Shown one piece after another: positions 62,930 to 64,000 of a stretch of DNA of 64,000 nt. The position numbers and the translations under genes are program-made. The notes under the pieces were generated by a model, which saw only the letters and a program-made list of their open reading frames with translations, ran no database searches and was not told the origin of the DNA. How positions within the stretch are numbered: the first letter of the stretch is position 1; every line of letters starts with the position of its first letter. Source of the DNA: Chitinophagales bacterium (GTDB lineage Bacteria > Bacteroidota > Bacteroidia > Chitinophagales > Saprospiraceae); assembly GCA_017303875.1 (NCBI GenBank), contig JAFLBP010000031.1, positions 1,661-65,660 of the forward strand, read 5' to 3'.

Positions 62930-63229
62930 CAGTGAACAGTTATCAGTGAACAGTTATCAGTCAGCAGTCAACAGTCAGCAGTGAACAGTCAGCAGTGAGC
63001 AGTTATCAGTCAACAGGCCTTGAGATTTATAGGCCAAAAGTACTGAATAAACCTCAATCCAATCAGTTATCAGTGAGCAGTTATCAGTGAGCAGTCATCA
63101 GTTAACAGTGATGTCGACGGCTGAATGATAACTGCTCACTGATAACTGATAACTGATAACTGCTCACTGATAACTGATAACTGATAACTGATAACTGATA
63201 ACTGATAACTGATAACTGATAACTGATAA
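62930..63229. repeat. Heptamer repeat arrays forming a long imperfect palindrome: (CAGTNAN)n blocks and (CTGATAA)n
   Basis: 12 consecutive CAGT[GTC]A[ATG] heptamers lie at 62930-63013 and 7 more at 63064-63112, with a central gtcgac. The complementary CTGATAA/CTGCTCA heptamers lie at 63139-63229, including 9 uninterrupted CTGATAA at 63167-63229. Confidence 0.9.
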
Positions 63230-63386
63230 ATGGTGCGTATTATGGGAAAAGGGATGCCTGTGAATTGGCCAGATTTGGCAAAAATGACAATTGCGCTACC
63301 ATCTTCAGGTCGAAGCGGCCTTCGGCAAATTAAATCTTATCATTTTTTTTAGAAATCCCGGAACAAGGGGAAATGGAACACGGGGT

Positions 63387-63980
63387 CTACCCGGCCACAT
63401 TAAGCACTTCCGGGCGGGTGCTGAAAATCTTGCGCACCTTGGAAACAAGGTGTTCGCCGCCAAACGTGACGGTCTGATAAAAAGAGCAATAAATAACCCA
63501 ATCCAGCGCGGCAGAGAAAATCATGCCTTCGTGCGTCCAGTCGAAAATTTCCTCCGGCTCAATGCGGAACAGGCCGTTTTCGCAATCCAGCAGGTAAAAT
63601 TGCTGCTGGCCCTCCTGACGGAGTGCGGCCGCTATCTGTTGCTTGTATTCCAGCGCCTCCGGCTGCTGCAAATACACCACCTCGCCGGGCGCAGCATGGC
63701 TGACGGGATCCCAAAACTGGCATTCAAAATTCCAGCGCTCGCGCAGGCGTTGTTTCAATACGGTTGCCTCTTCGCCTTTTACCCGGCGCTGGGCATGATC
63801 AATCACCAACTCCGGTTGTAGGGCATCCACCGAAACCTTTGCCAGGCCCCGTGCAATGGTGCGCGCCGAAGCCTCAAACCCGCGCAAAAACTCCTGTAAA
63901 AAATCGGGCACATCCGGCGAAATCGGAATTTCTACCTGCTTGTTCTCTTCTCCGATATAAATTTCAAAATCAAATTGCAC
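63387..63980 (-). CDS. Hypothetical protein; the reading frame stays open to the right window edge, so the 5' end may be missing
   Basis: 197-aa ORF from a GTG at 63980. The in-frame codons 63981-63998 contain no stop. I recognise no family. Confidence 0.5.
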   Translation of the reverse strand: MQFDFEIYIGEENKQVEIPISPDVPDFLQEFLRGFEASARTIARGLAKVSVDALQPELVIDHAQRRVKGEEATVLKQRLRERWNFECQFWDPVSHAAPGEVVYLQQPEALEYKQQIAAALRQEGQQQFYLLDCENGLFRIEPEEIFDWTHEGMIFSAALDWVIYCSFYQTVTFGGEHLVSKVRKIFSTRPEVLNVAG

Positions 63981-64000
63981 CGGCGAAGCCGCAGCAACAA

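Noticed and set aside
63064-63229. Fur-box-like words (TGATAAC/GTTATCA resemble the TGATAAT-n-ATTATCA Fur consensus).
   Set aside because: The periodicity is 7 bp with no local 7-1-7 or 6-6-6 arrangement. The resemblance is limited to a 6-mer that is expected in any GATAA-rich repeat.
1-64000. A search for tRNA or rRNA genes and for integrase, transposase, IS or phage genes that might explain the island and the low-GC cassette.
   Set aside because: No T-arm/GTTCGAATC-type motifs or rRNA-like stretches were seen. No ORF shows DDE, tyrosine-recombinase or serine-recombinase motifs. Their absence is noted but cannot be proven without a search tool.

Overview
This 64 kb window reads as a chromosomal segment of a Bacteroidota genome. 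The evidence is six ORFs ending in T9SS C-terminal sorting domains, a PorQ-like gene, TAnnTTTG-type -7 promoter boxes, and DUF3276 and DUF3667 families. By eye it is moderately GC-rich, with a few clearly AT-richer patches. I found no rRNA, tRNA, CRISPR array, transposase or integrase.

About 50 protein genes are supportable. The housekeeping and metabolic genes are:
- RNase G/E 5' end, HU and YicC
- gcvT, a C1B aminopeptidase and an amidohydrolase
- split transketolase and a 2-oxoacid dehydrogenase E2
- a CtlX-like gene, gatB, paaZ and a PA0069-type radical SAM
- a cysteine-synthase-family gene, a JmjC/cupin gene and an alpha-oxoamine synthase
- a VIT1 transporter and a two-component system

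The most interesting region is an island at about 7.0-15.1 kb, bracketed by 37-bp direct repeats. It holds a VapBC toxin-antitoxin pair and a three-gene minus-strand operon:
- an EAD-like/P-loop-less adaptor (378 aa)
- a MoxR-class AAA+ ATPase (307 aa)
- a 1527-aa three-TM protein with a cytoplasmic MIDAS-less vWA-like segment and predicted periplasmic PGRP/amidase_2-like and FGE-sulfatase-like domains that both appear to lack catalytic residues

I read this as a candidate transmembrane NTP-dependent sensing or conflict system of the computationally described vWA-MoxR class, which to my knowledge has not been studied experimentally.

Other notable items:
- a low-GC two-gene cassette with a PD-(D/E)XK-like nuclease abutting dinB
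- an RGG-repeat PUR-like protein
- a 17-module Cys-repeat T9SS protein with three near-identical 153-bp units
- tandem T9SS paralogs with homogenised 3' ends
- a family of word-like palindromic and tandem intergenic repeats, including a G-quadruplex motif and a (CTGATAA)n heptamer array
- two small unlisted ORFs

All functional calls come from reading motifs by eye. No database search was run.
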